Part shown: in pieces, positions 48,410-57,580 of the stretch
Layout: every line of letters starts with the position of its first letter
Numbering within the stretch: position 1 is the first letter of the stretch
NCBI GenBank assembly: GCA_902629855.1
Contig: CACOSI010000001.1
Coordinates: 27,154-91,153 of the forward strand
DNA: 64,000 nt
Reading direction: 5' to 3'
Origin: an uncultured Fidelibacterota bacterium
GTDB taxonomy: Bacteria > Fidelibacterota > Marinisomatia > Marinisomatales > Marinisomataceae
The notes under the pieces: generated by a model
Told to the model about the DNA's origin: nothing
Database searches by the model: none
The model's input: the letters and a program-made list of their open reading frames with translations, nothing else
Position numbers and translations under genes: made by a program

Positions 48410-49602
48410 GAAAAAAATATAAAATAGTGATTTTTGGAGCAACCGGCTTTACCGGAGAGCTGTGTGCAAAATTTATGTCGGAGAGATACTCTGATGTTCC
48501 AATGGCAATTGCGGGTAGAAACGAAAAAAAACTAAAAGAAATTAAAAAGAAACACAGTCTGCCCTTTCCGATAATTGTAGCAGACGCTTTTGACATTGAA
48601 GCGCTTAATAAAATGTGTACAGAAACTGAGGTTGTGCTTTCTGCTGCTGGGCCTTTTCATAAATATGGTTCTGGCCTTCTTGGCGCTTGTGTTAAAAATG
48701 GGTGCCATTATGTTGATATAACCGGAGAAAGTTTTTGGATTAAAGATATGATTGAAAAACACCACAAAGAGGCTATTAATAAGGGGGTTAGGATTATTAA
48801 TGCCTGCGGTTTTGACTCTGCCCCGTCAGATTTGGGCGTCTTTTACGCTGTTAATCGTGTTGAGGGTAGTGTCCGCGGTGTTCAATGTTTTCATGCATGG
48901 AAAGGCGAAGCCTCTGGAGGTACTATGGAAACAATGTTTTCTTCAATGGACGCGAAATTAGCCAAAGGGGGGCTTGGGAAGTTTTCTTTAAACCCAAAAA
49001 ACTCTGTTACCGAGAGTCAAAAAAAGAGGACCAACGACAAAATCAAAATTCAGGAGATACCCCACCTTGGTGGTTGGACCGGTCCGTTTGTGATGGCTCT
49101 TCCCAACACGAGGGTTGTAAGAAGATCTGCGGCTCTGTCAAAGGTGGTGGGAAAATATTATGGAGATGATTTTGTTTATTCTGAAGGCGCGTACTACTCT
49201 AAAAAAAATGCAGCTAGAAAAGTGTCGTTTATGACTCTGGTCCTCGGACTTATTATTGTTTCACCCTTGCGAAAGCTTTTGAGAGGATTTTTTAGAAAAC
49301 CTGGTGAAGGACCCTCACAAGAGGCAATGGACTCTGGTTTCTTTAAAAGCAGGTTTTTGGTCGAAACAAACAGTGGGTTTCGTGCCTTTTCCATGTATTC
49401 AAGCGGTGATCCAGGATATAAAATGACCTCAAGAATGGCTTGTGAAAGTGCGATGTGTTTGGCTGTTGAAAATCCCAACGACCTTCCTGGTGGTGAGGGG
49501 TTTGGTGGCCTTTTAACACCATCAACTGGTCTTGGAAATGTTCTTATTAAAAGGCTAAAAAATATTGGTGTGTCTTTTGAAGAAATCTCACTTGAAGCTT
49601 AA
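48406..49602 (+). CDS. Saccharopine dehydrogenase-like NAD(P)-binding oxidoreductase
   Basis: 398 aa. Has N-terminal IVIFGATGFTGEL and DITGE motifs, as in SCCPDH/trans-acting enoyl reductase-like proteins. ATGA overlap with ppdK. Confidence 0.7.
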   Translation: MRKKYKIVIFGATGFTGELCAKFMSERYSDVPMAIAGRNEKKLKEIKKKHSLPFPIIVADAFDIEALNKMCTETEVVLSAAGPFHKYGSGLLGACVKNGCHYVDITGESFWIKDMIEKHHKEAINKGVRIINACGFDSAPSDLGVFYAVNRVEGSVRGVQCFHAWKGEASGGTMETMFSSMDAKLAKGGLGKFSLNPKNSVTESQKKRTNDKIKIQEIPHLGGWTGPFVMALPNTRVVRRSAALSKVVGKYYGDDFVYSEGAYYSKKNAARKVSFMTLVLGLIIVSPLRKLLRGFFRKPGEGPSQEAMDSGFFKSRFLVETNSGFRAFSMYSSGDPGYKMTSRMACESAMCLAVENPNDLPGGEGFGGLLTPSTGLGNVLIKRLKNIGVSFEEISLEA

Positions 49603-49916
49603 AGCCAAAAAAAAGTAACCCCAGCATTTCTGTTATTAAAGTCTCTGTCTTTTTTGTTGGAGATTTCAGATCTCATATCAACAGCGTCTTTGTTAAAAGC
49701 GTTGTAGTCTTCACCGGGAATAACCGCCTTAAACCTTCCTTCCTGTTCTTTAGCCCAAGCCCTTACGCTTTCTGCCACGCTTCCCGATCCTAGTCCGTGT
49801 ATTATTTTGACCGCTATGACACCCTCTTCTTTTGCTGTACTTATTGCAACCTCTAAAAGAACAATGGCCTCATGTGTAGACTGGCCTGCGTGTGCTATGT
49901 CAACTGTTTTTAACAC
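49599..49916 (-). CDS. Smr (small MutS-related) domain protein
   Basis: 105 aa. Has VDIAHAG...EAI..LE..I......G...VKIIHGLGSG, resembling the Smr pattern DLHG...eA......fl......g....iIhGkG.G. GTG start, 5' end uncertain. Confidence 0.5.
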   Translation of the reverse strand: MLKTVDIAHAGQSTHEAIVLLEVAISTAKEEGVIAVKIIHGLGSGSVAESVRAWAKEQEGRFKAVIPGEDYNAFNKDAVDMRSEISNKKDRDFNNRNAGVTFFWL

Positions 49917-49951
49917 CCTTAAAATTAAGTAAAAATTTATTCATCGTAACA

Positions 49952-49960
49952 TGGTATAAT
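49952..49960 (+). promoter_or_regulatory. Extended -10 promoter element (TGGTATAAT) upstream of the aldehyde dehydrogenase gene
   Basis: Perfect TGnTATAAT at 49952-49960, 22 nt before the ATG at 49983. No obvious -35 or Shine-Dalgarno. Sequence match only. Confidence 0.35.
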
Positions 49961-49982
49961 AAAATTTCATATATTTCTTACT

Positions 49983-51380
49983 ATGCAAGGGGTTAATAAA
50001 GTTTTTAAAGCGCAGCAATTAAAAAGTGTTTCTTTAAGGTCAAGTACCTATAGGGATAGGCAGCGTAAAATAAAGCTTCTTCTTAAAAATTTCCTAGAAA
50101 TGGAAAAAGAAATTCTTACTGCACTGTCCAACGATCTTGGTAAGTCCAAAACTGAGGCTCTTTTAGCAGAAATATATGGCGTAAAAACTGAGGCCAAGTT
50201 TGCAATAAAAAATATTAAGAGCTGGATGAAAACCAAGAGAGTTGAAAGTCCTTTAGCTATATCTTTTACTAAGAGCTGGGTAAAGCCCGAACCAAAAGGT
50301 GCTGTCTTAATAATATCTCCTTGGAACTATCCCATAATGCTATGTATAAATCCGCTTATAGCTGCAATAGCCTCTGGCAACACAGCGGTAATTAAACCAT
50401 CTGAGCTAACACCCGCATCCGGGTTGTTGGTAAAGAAATTAATAGAAAAAACCTTTTCTCAAGAAGAGGTTGCTGTTTTTTTGGGTGAAAAAGATTTGGC
50501 GCAAAAGCTTTTGGAGCTTCCCTTTAACCACATTATGTTCACTGGTAGTCCAAGGGTAGGAAAGCTTGTTATGGAGGCAGCGGCAAAACACCTTGCCGGT
50601 GTTACGCTCGAACTTGGAGGAAAGTCTCCGGTAATTGTTGATAAACACGCAAACATAAAAGATGCTGCATGGAAAATTTCTTTTTTTAAGTTTGCGAACG
50701 CCGGGCAGACCTGTACAGCTCCAGACTATGTTCTCTGCGACGAAACAGTACACGACGATCTTGTTGGTTCAATACAAAAAAACATGTCTGAGTTTTTTTC
50801 CGGCGGCATAGATGCAGCCTCAAAGGACTATTGCTCTATAGCTAACGAACACCATTTTAACAGGCTTAGGGGCGCCCTTAAACAAGCAGTTTCTAGTGGA
50901 GCAGAGGTTGTTAGTGGTGGCGAGGTTAGCCAAGGCGGTCTATATCTATCTCCTGCCATTTTAACAGGCGTAAACTATGAAAACCCTATTATGGAAGAAG
51001 AGATCTTTGGGCCCATTCTTCCAATTATTAAAACCAAAAACCTTGGTGAAGCAATTGAATATATAAACAACAATGAAAAGCCTTTGGCTCTATACCTTTT
51101 TAGCAATAAAAGCTCTGAACAAAACAAGGTTCTAAAAAACACCTCAAGCGGTGGAATGGTTATTAACGATTGTGTTTTACACCACATGAACCCAAACCTT
51201 CCTTTCGGTGGAATAAATAATAGTGGGGTTGGAAGCTACCATGGAAAATTTGGCTTTGATGCATTTTCACACCACAAGGCTGTTTTAAAAAGCAGTTCTT
51301 TTTCTCCTTTTAAAATAATGCTGCCCCCGTATACCAAAACCAAAGAAAACCTTGCTAATCTGATAAAAAAATATTTTTAG
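49983..51380 (+). CDS. NAD(P)+-dependent aldehyde dehydrogenase (class 3-like)
   Basis: 465 aa. Has KPSE, catalytic Glu in LELGGKSP, catalytic Cys in GQTCTAPDY, and EEIFGP. Confidence 0.85.
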   Translation: MQGVNKVFKAQQLKSVSLRSSTYRDRQRKIKLLLKNFLEMEKEILTALSNDLGKSKTEALLAEIYGVKTEAKFAIKNIKSWMKTKRVESPLAISFTKSWVKPEPKGAVLIISPWNYPIMLCINPLIAAIASGNTAVIKPSELTPASGLLVKKLIEKTFSQEEVAVFLGEKDLAQKLLELPFNHIMFTGSPRVGKLVMEAAAKHLAGVTLELGGKSPVIVDKHANIKDAAWKISFFKFANAGQTCTAPDYVLCDETVHDDLVGSIQKNMSEFFSGGIDAASKDYCSIANEHHFNRLRGALKQAVSSGAEVVSGGEVSQGGLYLSPAILTGVNYENPIMEEEIFGPILPIIKTKNLGEAIEYINNNEKPLALYLFSNKSSEQNKVLKNTSSGGMVINDCVLHHMNPNLPFGGINNSGVGSYHGKFGFDAFSHHKAVLKSSSFSPFKIMLPPYTKTKENLANLIKKYF

Positions 51381-52167
51381 CTATTTCGTTTCTTAGGTCG
51401 ATTATAATGTTTGCATACTTATCTGATCTGTTGTAAGTCCTTATGCTTCTCCATGCTTTCGACTTATAGGTAAAATTAAAATCATTTTTTGGATAACCGT
51501 TTTCTGTAAGATAAAATGCGACGCTGCCTAAAACATCGTCCCAGCTAAATGGGTCTTTTTTCCCGTCTCCATTATAATCAATCGAAAGCTTGTTAAAGCT
51601 GGAAGGTATGAACTGTCCATATCCAAAAGCCCCCGCATATGAACCCTCTAAAGAGAAGGGGTCTATGTTGTTGTTAGAACAAAATATCAAAAGCTCTGCA
51701 ATTTCTTTTGTTGCCCAGCTTGATCTTTTTGGCATTTTCATTGCCTGCGTGTATAAAGAGTTAAGCACCGAAAATTCGCTTGTTTTTGATCCGTAGTTTG
51801 TTTCAACGCCAACAATAGCAACTAAAACTATTGGATCTATTTCAAACTCCGTTGCAACTGCTGCAATTAGCTCTTTATTTTTTTTATAAAACCTTACCCC
51901 ATCGCCTATTCTTTGATCGTTAAAAAATATTTTCTTGTATTGCTCGTACGTTTTAATTTTTTCTGGCTTATTTTTAAACCTCTCCAAAACGTTGCTATCT
52001 ATTTTTAACCTCTTATCTTCAAAGGTTTTTAGTATATACTCGGTGGTTGGTTTTTTCTGATCTTTTGTATGCGAAACAATTTTTTTAATTATCTTTTCTT
52101 TGTCCGCTCCAAACAGCATGGAGGTACAAAATATAATGCTTAGTTTCACTATTAGGTTTATTTTCAT
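51355..52167 (-). CDS. Lytic murein transglycosylase (MltB/SLT_2-like)
   Basis: 270 aa. Has a signal peptide, a catalytic-Glu region (IVGVETNYG), and GAFGYGQFIPSSF....D.NGDG motifs. Confidence 0.7.
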   Translation of the reverse strand: MKINLIVKLSIIFCTSMLFGADKEKIIKKIVSHTKDQKKPTTEYILKTFEDKRLKIDSNVLERFKNKPEKIKTYEQYKKIFFNDQRIGDGVRFYKKNKELIAAVATEFEIDPIVLVAIVGVETNYGSKTSEFSVLNSLYTQAMKMPKRSSWATKEIAELLIFCSNNNIDPFSLEGSYAGAFGYGQFIPSSFNKLSIDYNGDGKKDPFSWDDVLGSVAFYLTENGYPKNDFNFTYKSKAWRSIRTYNRSDKYANIIIDLRNEIAKNIFLSD

Positions 52168-52171
52168 TTAT

Positions 52172-53023
52172 ATGGGCCTTTTTTTAAAAAACAAGTATGT
52201 TCTTTTATTTATTGCGCTACTTTCTGTAAGCTCTTCTGCCTGGGTTGTAAGGTTTCTGCCTGAGCTATCTGCCACCACAATCGCTTTCTGGAGAATGTTT
52301 CTAGCAAGCATTATGGCTTTTGTTATATCTTACAAAACTATTTTTACTTTTGTTCCAAATAAAAAGATTTTGTTGGCTGGGGTTTTTCTAGGTTTTCATT
52401 TTGCCCTTTTCTTCAGGGGTGTCCAACTAACCTCTATTGCTGAGGCGGCTCTTTTGGGAACCATTGCCCCTGTTTTCACCGAAATATATTCTATCTTATT
52501 TCAAAAGAAACGTTTTTCACCAAAGGTCTTCTTTGGGTTATTGCTCGCCCTTTTGGGTGCATATATTCTTATAAGCCAAAGCAGCTTCAGCGACACTAGC
52601 ACTGTTGGAAATTTGTTGGCAGTTCTTTGTTCTGTTGCGATGGCTGTTGTCCTTCTTGTCGGAAAAAATGTTAGAAAGAGTGTGGGTCTTTTTGAGTATT
52701 CGCGATGGCTGTTTCTTTACGCTGCATTTTGTCTTTTTTTAATATCTATTTATCAAGAAGTTAGCGTTTTTGCATTCTCTAAGCCTGATTTTGGTTGGTT
52801 TGTTTTTCTTGCCGCTGTTCCAACTATGGTTGGGCACAACATTTTCTACTATCTTGTTAAAACGCTTAGCGCTACAACCGTTGCCGCTGTTCCTTTGGGT
52901 GAGCCTGTTATTTCTTCTGTTGGTGCTTTTTTCTTGTTTGGAGAGCCGGTGGGTTTTTTTGTTTATCTGGGGGGTTTTATTACGCTCTCGGGTGTATATA
53001 TTATAATAAAAAATGATCGCTAA
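52172..53023 (+). CDS. DMT superfamily (EamA-type) transporter
   Basis: ~283 aa with ~10 TM helices in two EamA-like halves. I start it at ATG 52172, 4 nt from the divergent mltB-like start. The ORF-track TTG at 52100 and ATGs at 52118/52136 would overlap that gene head-to-head. Confidence 0.65.
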   Translation: MGLFLKNKYVLLFIALLSVSSSAWVVRFLPELSATTIAFWRMFLASIMAFVISYKTIFTFVPNKKILLAGVFLGFHFALFFRGVQLTSIAEAALLGTIAPVFTEIYSILFQKKRFSPKVFFGLLLALLGAYILISQSSFSDTSTVGNLLAVLCSVAMAVVLLVGKNVRKSVGLFEYSRWLFLYAAFCLFLISIYQEVSVFAFSKPDFGWFVFLAAVPTMVGHNIFYYLVKTLSATTVAAVPLGEPVISSVGAFFLFGEPVGFFVYLGGFITLSGVYIIIKNDR

Positions 53024-53886
53024 ACAGCCATTGGCGCTTTGATGCTTTCCATTGGGCTGTAACCAGTGAGCTTATAATCTTTTGGTGTAGTTTTTAAAAC
53101 CTGTTCTATTGATTCAACCTTTGGCATTTGCAACTTTGGAGCTTCCTGTGGTGTACGTTTAATTTGCTCTTTTACCTGCTTAAAGTGGTTTTTATAAATA
53201 TGGCAGTCACCCCCAGTCCAGATAAACTCTCCAGGGCTTAAGTGAAGGATTTCAGAAAAAATATGAACCAAGAGGCTGTATGATGCTATGTTAAACGGAA
53301 CCCCTAAAAACATATCAGCGCTCCTTTGATAAAGCTGACAGCTCAACTCATTGTCTTGAACATGAAACTGAAACATTGTATGGCAAGGAGGAAGGGCCAT
53401 TTCTTTTATCTTATCAACATTCCATGCGCTCACTATGTGCCTTCTGCTGTTTGGGTTGTCTCTTAAGTCTGAAATTATCTTTTTAATCTGGTCTTCTCCC
53501 CCAACATCTTTTCCCCAAGATCTCCATTGTTTGCCGTAAACGGGGCCTAGTTCTTTTTGTGTATCATTATTAAGGTGTCCAAGCTCAACTCCCTGCTTGT
53601 CTGCGTTTGCTGTCCAAATTGTTTTTTTTTCGATTATTTCTGTTCGTTTCTTTCCAAAGTGTATTTCTGCCAACCTTCTTTCATCTGTTCCGCCTTCCAA
53701 AAACCAAAGCAGCTCGCTTACAACACTTCTCCATGCAAGCTTTTTTGTTGTTACTGCCGGAAAACCTTCTTTCAAATTAAAACGCATTTGGTAGCCGAAA
53801 ACACCTTTTGTTCCTATGCCTGTCCTGTCGCTTCTTTCTTTTCCATTTTCTAGTATGTGTTCAAGGGCTTTTATGTATTGTTTCAT
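53020..53886 (-). CDS. thyA: Thymidylate synthase (ThyA)
   Basis: 288 aa. Has DRTG.GT, GFPAVTTKK, LGPVYG.QWR, the catalytic Cys in ALPPCH, QLYQRS.D.FLGVPFNIASY, and C-terminal IKAPMAV. Confidence 0.95.
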   Translation of the reverse strand: MKQYIKALEHILENGKERSDRTGIGTKGVFGYQMRFNLKEGFPAVTTKKLAWRSVVSELLWFLEGGTDERRLAEIHFGKKRTEIIEKKTIWTANADKQGVELGHLNNDTQKELGPVYGKQWRSWGKDVGGEDQIKKIISDLRDNPNSRRHIVSAWNVDKIKEMALPPCHTMFQFHVQDNELSCQLYQRSADMFLGVPFNIASYSLLVHIFSEILHLSPGEFIWTGGDCHIYKNHFKQVKEQIKRTPQEAPKLQMPKVESIEQVLKTTPKDYKLTGYSPMESIKAPMAV

Positions 53887-54377
53887 TTTTGGGGCTTCCT
53901 ATTCCATATTTGAAACTCCACTGTCTCGTGCGTTTCTGTCCAGGTTTTTTCAAAAAGAAGCTCTATACCTTCAAGCGAAAGAAATCCGTCGCAATCATAT
54001 CTTCCGGGGATGCGGCTAAGATAAAACTCTTCTACAACTTCAATTGTTTGATCAATTATATTTGGTCCTCCAATAATCCAAATTGTTTTTTGTGGGTACT
54101 CATTTTTAAGGCTTAAGACCTCTTCTTTTAGGTTGCCTTCTATGTACTTATCAGCACCTGGAAAATTTTCTCTCCTTGTGGTTGCTAAAACATTAACCCT
54201 GTTTGGAAGGGGCCAAGGCATTAGTGGGTCTACCCAGGTTTTAGAGCCCATTACCACAACGTTATTTGTGGTGTTTTTTTTAAACCACCCTAGGTCCTTG
54301 CTGTTTTTAGGCCAAGGAATTGATCCCTCTTTGCTTACTCCTCCTAAGTCATCGCACGCTAAAATAGCCCTTATCAC
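53883..54377 (-). CDS. folA: Dihydrofolate reductase
   Basis: 164 aa. Has IPW....DL.WFKK.T....VVMG.KTW, LP.R.N.V and IIGG motifs. ATGA-coupled to thyA. Confidence 0.85.
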   Translation of the reverse strand: MIRAILACDDLGGVSKEGSIPWPKNSKDLGWFKKNTTNNVVVMGSKTWVDPLMPWPLPNRVNVLATTRRENFPGADKYIEGNLKEEVLSLKNEYPQKTIWIIGGPNIIDQTIEVVEEFYLSRIPGRYDCDGFLSLEGIELLFEKTWTETHETVEFQIWNRKPQK

Positions 54378-54381
54378 CTCT

Positions 54382-57102
54382 TTAGTCTTCCTCTTTTGCT
54401 AAAGGCCTTCCCTCTTCGTCAATCGATCCTGCTGCTACCTGAAAAAGACCTTCTGGTTTTATGTACTTTTTTATTGCGTCGTTTACTTGTTTAAGGCTTA
54501 CCTCGTTTACCTTTTTTATGTATTTATCTACATAAGATAGATCGTTCCAAACAACAACGCTATTTAAGATTCCATCGGCTAGACCAGAGTTTGAATCGAA
54601 CCCCACCTGATACGACCCTGTAAGCGTAGACTTTGCTACCTCAAGTTCTTCTTTTGTAATTCCTTTTTCTATCCACTCTGATATTACCCCTAAAGAAGAA
54701 TCTTCCCCCTCACTGAGCAGTTCTGGAGCAAAAGTTCCTGCGGCATACCAATATCCTTTGTTGTTATTTCCAAAACCTGCTATTCCGGAATAAATTCCAT
54801 ATGTTAGGCCGTCCCTGACACGCACTGCTTGCATAAGCCTTCCTGAAAAACTTCCTCCCAAAACCTGTGAAGCTATAACAAGAGGCATATAATCTTCGTT
54901 GTTTCTATTAATTCCAAGGGGGGTTCCAAAGTAAAGGTGTGTGCTTGTTTTGTCCTTTAGTGTCACATATTTTGTTTTTGATACTACTTTTTGTTCTCCT
55001 GTTTCTTGTGGAACATTTAAGGTAACCTCTCCCCAATCACCAAAGGCCTCTTTTAATTTTTTTGAAAGATCTGTGTGATCTACACCACCAACGGCTACAA
55101 CAACCATACTCCCCCTGCCATAGTGTTTTTTGTGAAAGTTTTTAAGGTCTTCTGTGGTGATTTTTTTTATTTTTTCTATTGCAAGGTCTGGTTCTGTCGG
55201 AGAATTTTGCTGATTCTTTCCATAAAAAGCGCTTAACATTTCTTTGGACGCATTTGAGCTTGTGCTTTCTTTAGACCTTTTTAGCGATGTTATTCTGCTT
55301 TTTTTGACAACCTCTAGGTTTTTTTCCTCAAACGCTGGTTCTTTAAGTTGTTCAGATAATAATGAAATAATTGTTCCAGTATCTTCGGTTAAAAACTTGG
55401 CATCAAAGCCCACCATGGTTTGGCCCGAGTAAAAACTTAGGTTCGCTCCTATGTTTTCTAGCGTATCGCTTATCTCGAATTTGGTTTTATTCTCTGTTCC
55501 TTCATCCAACATTGAAGCAACCAGCGAAGGAATTCTTTCATTATCTGAAAAAACCGTGCCACCTAACATATTTCCTGTCAAAACCGTTACTTCGGATCCA
55601 TTTTTTAGCGTATAAAGCTTTATACCAGAAACGGGTTCTGAGACCACAATTTGTGACTCTATCTTTCCTGCTTCGATTTTTACTGGAGTAAGGTTTTTTA
55701 TCTTTAGCGAGTTTAGGTCTTCTGCGCTCTTAACCCTGTCTTGTGGTTGTTCTCCCCCCTTTTGTTTAGGAATAAAATATCCAACCGTGCTTAGGTCTTC
55801 GTTTAAATATCTTTTTGCCACCTCTTTAACCTTTTCTGGGGTGACCGACTGAACCCTATCAATATAACTGGTATATAGAGTCCAATCTCCAGAACCAATT
55901 GCTTCGTTTAGAGCAAATGCAACGCTTGCGCTTGATCCACCTCCGTCGTCATTAAACTTTTTCCTTGTTATGAGCTTCGTTTTTGCTCTTTCTACCTCTT
56001 TTATAGAAACCCCGTCTTTTTTTATGTTTTCATATTCATCAATTATTATCTTTTCTACTTTGTCGTGAGCTGTTCCTGGTGAGAGGGTTGCGTACGCCGT
56101 AAAAAGACCTGGGTCTTTGAAAAGGGTGTCGTAGATATAAACGCTGGTTGTTAACCCCTTGTCTGTCAACTTCTTATAAAACCTACTGTTTTTTCCCGAA
56201 GAAAGAATTGAAGAAAGAACCATCATAGCAGCTGCATCATCGCTGGTTGCGGATGGGCTTTTGTGCGCAACTCCTAGCACTCCAACTTGTCCAGCTCTTT
56301 TAAGGGTTACCGTTCTTTTTCCCTCTTGTTTTGGCTCCTCGGTATAAACAACAGGAATCTCGTTCCTGCTTTTTCCTATCTTTCCAAAATGTTTTTTAAT
56401 TTGTGCTAGGGCATCTTTTGTTTCAAAATCTCCCACCACTATAGCTGTGGCATTGTTGGGCCAATAAAATGTGTCATAGAATTCTTTAAGTTTTTCTATA
56501 GAAACATTTTCAATATCAGACTTCCACCCAATTGTTGAATGGTGGTAAGGGTGGGCTTGGTAGGCTGTTGCCCAAAGATGTTCATCTAAAACGTTTGTTG
56601 GGCTGTTTTGTCCTCTTTCAAACTCATTTCTTACAACGGTCATTTCTGACTGCCTATCTTCCTCTTTAATAAAGGCATTTCTCATTCTGTCGGCCTCAAT
56701 TTCTATTGCAACCTCAAGCTTGTTGCTTGGCATTGTTGCATAATAGTTTGTTCTGTCGAGCCAGGTTGTAGCGTTCACCCTTGCACCGAACGACTGTAAA
56801 ACCTGAAAAACTGTGTTTCCTTTTTTTGTGTTGAATTTTTTAGATCCCTTAAACATTAGGTGCTCAAGCAGGTGGGTTGATCCTGTGTTTCCGGTAACCT
56901 CATTTCTTGATCCCACCCTATATGTTACCATAAAGGTTGCAACTGGCGCACTTCCGTCTTCCTTAATCAGCACATTAAGTCCGTTGGATTTTAGCTTGTA
57001 CTCTTTTATTCCTCCAGACTCTTTAATAAAGTCATATCCGTAATAGGTGTTTTGTGACATGATTGCTCCCAAAAAAATTGATGTTAAAAATAGTTTTTTC
57101 AT
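54382..57102 (-). CDS. M16 (pitrilysin/insulinase) family zinc peptidase, fused active+inactive halves
   Basis: 906 aa. Has a signal peptide and the inverted zinc motif HLLEHLMF (HxxEH) with a downstream Glu region in the first half. The second ~450 aa form an M16-like module lacking HxxEH. Confidence 0.8.
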   Translation of the reverse strand: MKKLFLTSIFLGAIMSQNTYYGYDFIKESGGIKEYKLKSNGLNVLIKEDGSAPVATFMVTYRVGSRNEVTGNTGSTHLLEHLMFKGSKKFNTKKGNTVFQVLQSFGARVNATTWLDRTNYYATMPSNKLEVAIEIEADRMRNAFIKEEDRQSEMTVVRNEFERGQNSPTNVLDEHLWATAYQAHPYHHSTIGWKSDIENVSIEKLKEFYDTFYWPNNATAIVVGDFETKDALAQIKKHFGKIGKSRNEIPVVYTEEPKQEGKRTVTLKRAGQVGVLGVAHKSPSATSDDAAAMMVLSSILSSGKNSRFYKKLTDKGLTTSVYIYDTLFKDPGLFTAYATLSPGTAHDKVEKIIIDEYENIKKDGVSIKEVERAKTKLITRKKFNDDGGGSSASVAFALNEAIGSGDWTLYTSYIDRVQSVTPEKVKEVAKRYLNEDLSTVGYFIPKQKGGEQPQDRVKSAEDLNSLKIKNLTPVKIEAGKIESQIVVSEPVSGIKLYTLKNGSEVTVLTGNMLGGTVFSDNERIPSLVASMLDEGTENKTKFEISDTLENIGANLSFYSGQTMVGFDAKFLTEDTGTIISLLSEQLKEPAFEEKNLEVVKKSRITSLKRSKESTSSNASKEMLSAFYGKNQQNSPTEPDLAIEKIKKITTEDLKNFHKKHYGRGSMVVVAVGGVDHTDLSKKLKEAFGDWGEVTLNVPQETGEQKVVSKTKYVTLKDKTSTHLYFGTPLGINRNNEDYMPLVIASQVLGGSFSGRLMQAVRVRDGLTYGIYSGIAGFGNNNKGYWYAAGTFAPELLSEGEDSSLGVISEWIEKGITKEELEVAKSTLTGSYQVGFDSNSGLADGILNSVVVWNDLSYVDKYIKKVNEVSLKQVNDAIKKYIKPEGLFQVAAGSIDEEGRPLAKEED

Positions 57103-57115
57103 TGTTTCTCCGTGT

Positions 57116-57580
57116 TTATAGCCGCCTCCAAGGAAAAAATCTTGGTACGGCGAGCATGTAATCTAAATATTCTTGTCCATAAATGCCAACAAGGCTTTGT
57201 TCTTCGCGCCTTATTAGCCTCAGCCAAACCGCGTACTGAAGCGGAACAACACACAGAAAAAGCAAAGACCCCATTAAAACAGAAGAAAACAGTGTTGCAT
57301 GAAAGATTATCGTAAAATACACAGGATTTCTCATAAAAGAATAAACCCCTATGCTGAGTTGGGTTTTAGATCTTTGTGGCCCACTAGTAAAAGCCCAGAA
57401 AAAAATTATTGATGCCTCTAAAACTAAAAGAAAAAGAATAATGTTTTTCCAGGGTTGGTTTATCGTGTAGTTTCTATAATCAAGGTTGTTTTCTAAAAAC
57501 CAGCACAGAGAAAAGATGGCTGTTGTTGTTAGCAAGCCTTCAGGGTAGGCTTTTTTTATTTTTTTATTTTCTAGGGCCAA
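57116..57580 (-). CDS. Isoprenylcysteine carboxyl methyltransferase (ICMT)/phospholipid methyltransferase family membrane protein
   Basis: 154 aa with 4 TM helices. Has GVYSFMRNPVYF and RREE..L, characteristic of ICMT/PEMT-like methyltransferases. Confidence 0.6.
   Translation of the reverse strand: MALENKKIKKAYPEGLLTTTAIFSLCWFLENNLDYRNYTINQPWKNIILFLLVLEASIIFFWAFTSGPQRSKTQLSIGVYSFMRNPVYFTIIFHATLFSSVLMGSLLFLCVVPLQYAVWLRLIRREEQSLVGIYGQEYLDYMLAVPRFFPWRRL

Noticed and set aside
48532-49525. Cluster of 60-94-aa alternate-frame and antisense ORFs inside the saccharopine-dehydrogenase-like gene
   Set aside because: Same explanation (a locally GC-richer gene). None has an SD/start context or recognisable sequence.
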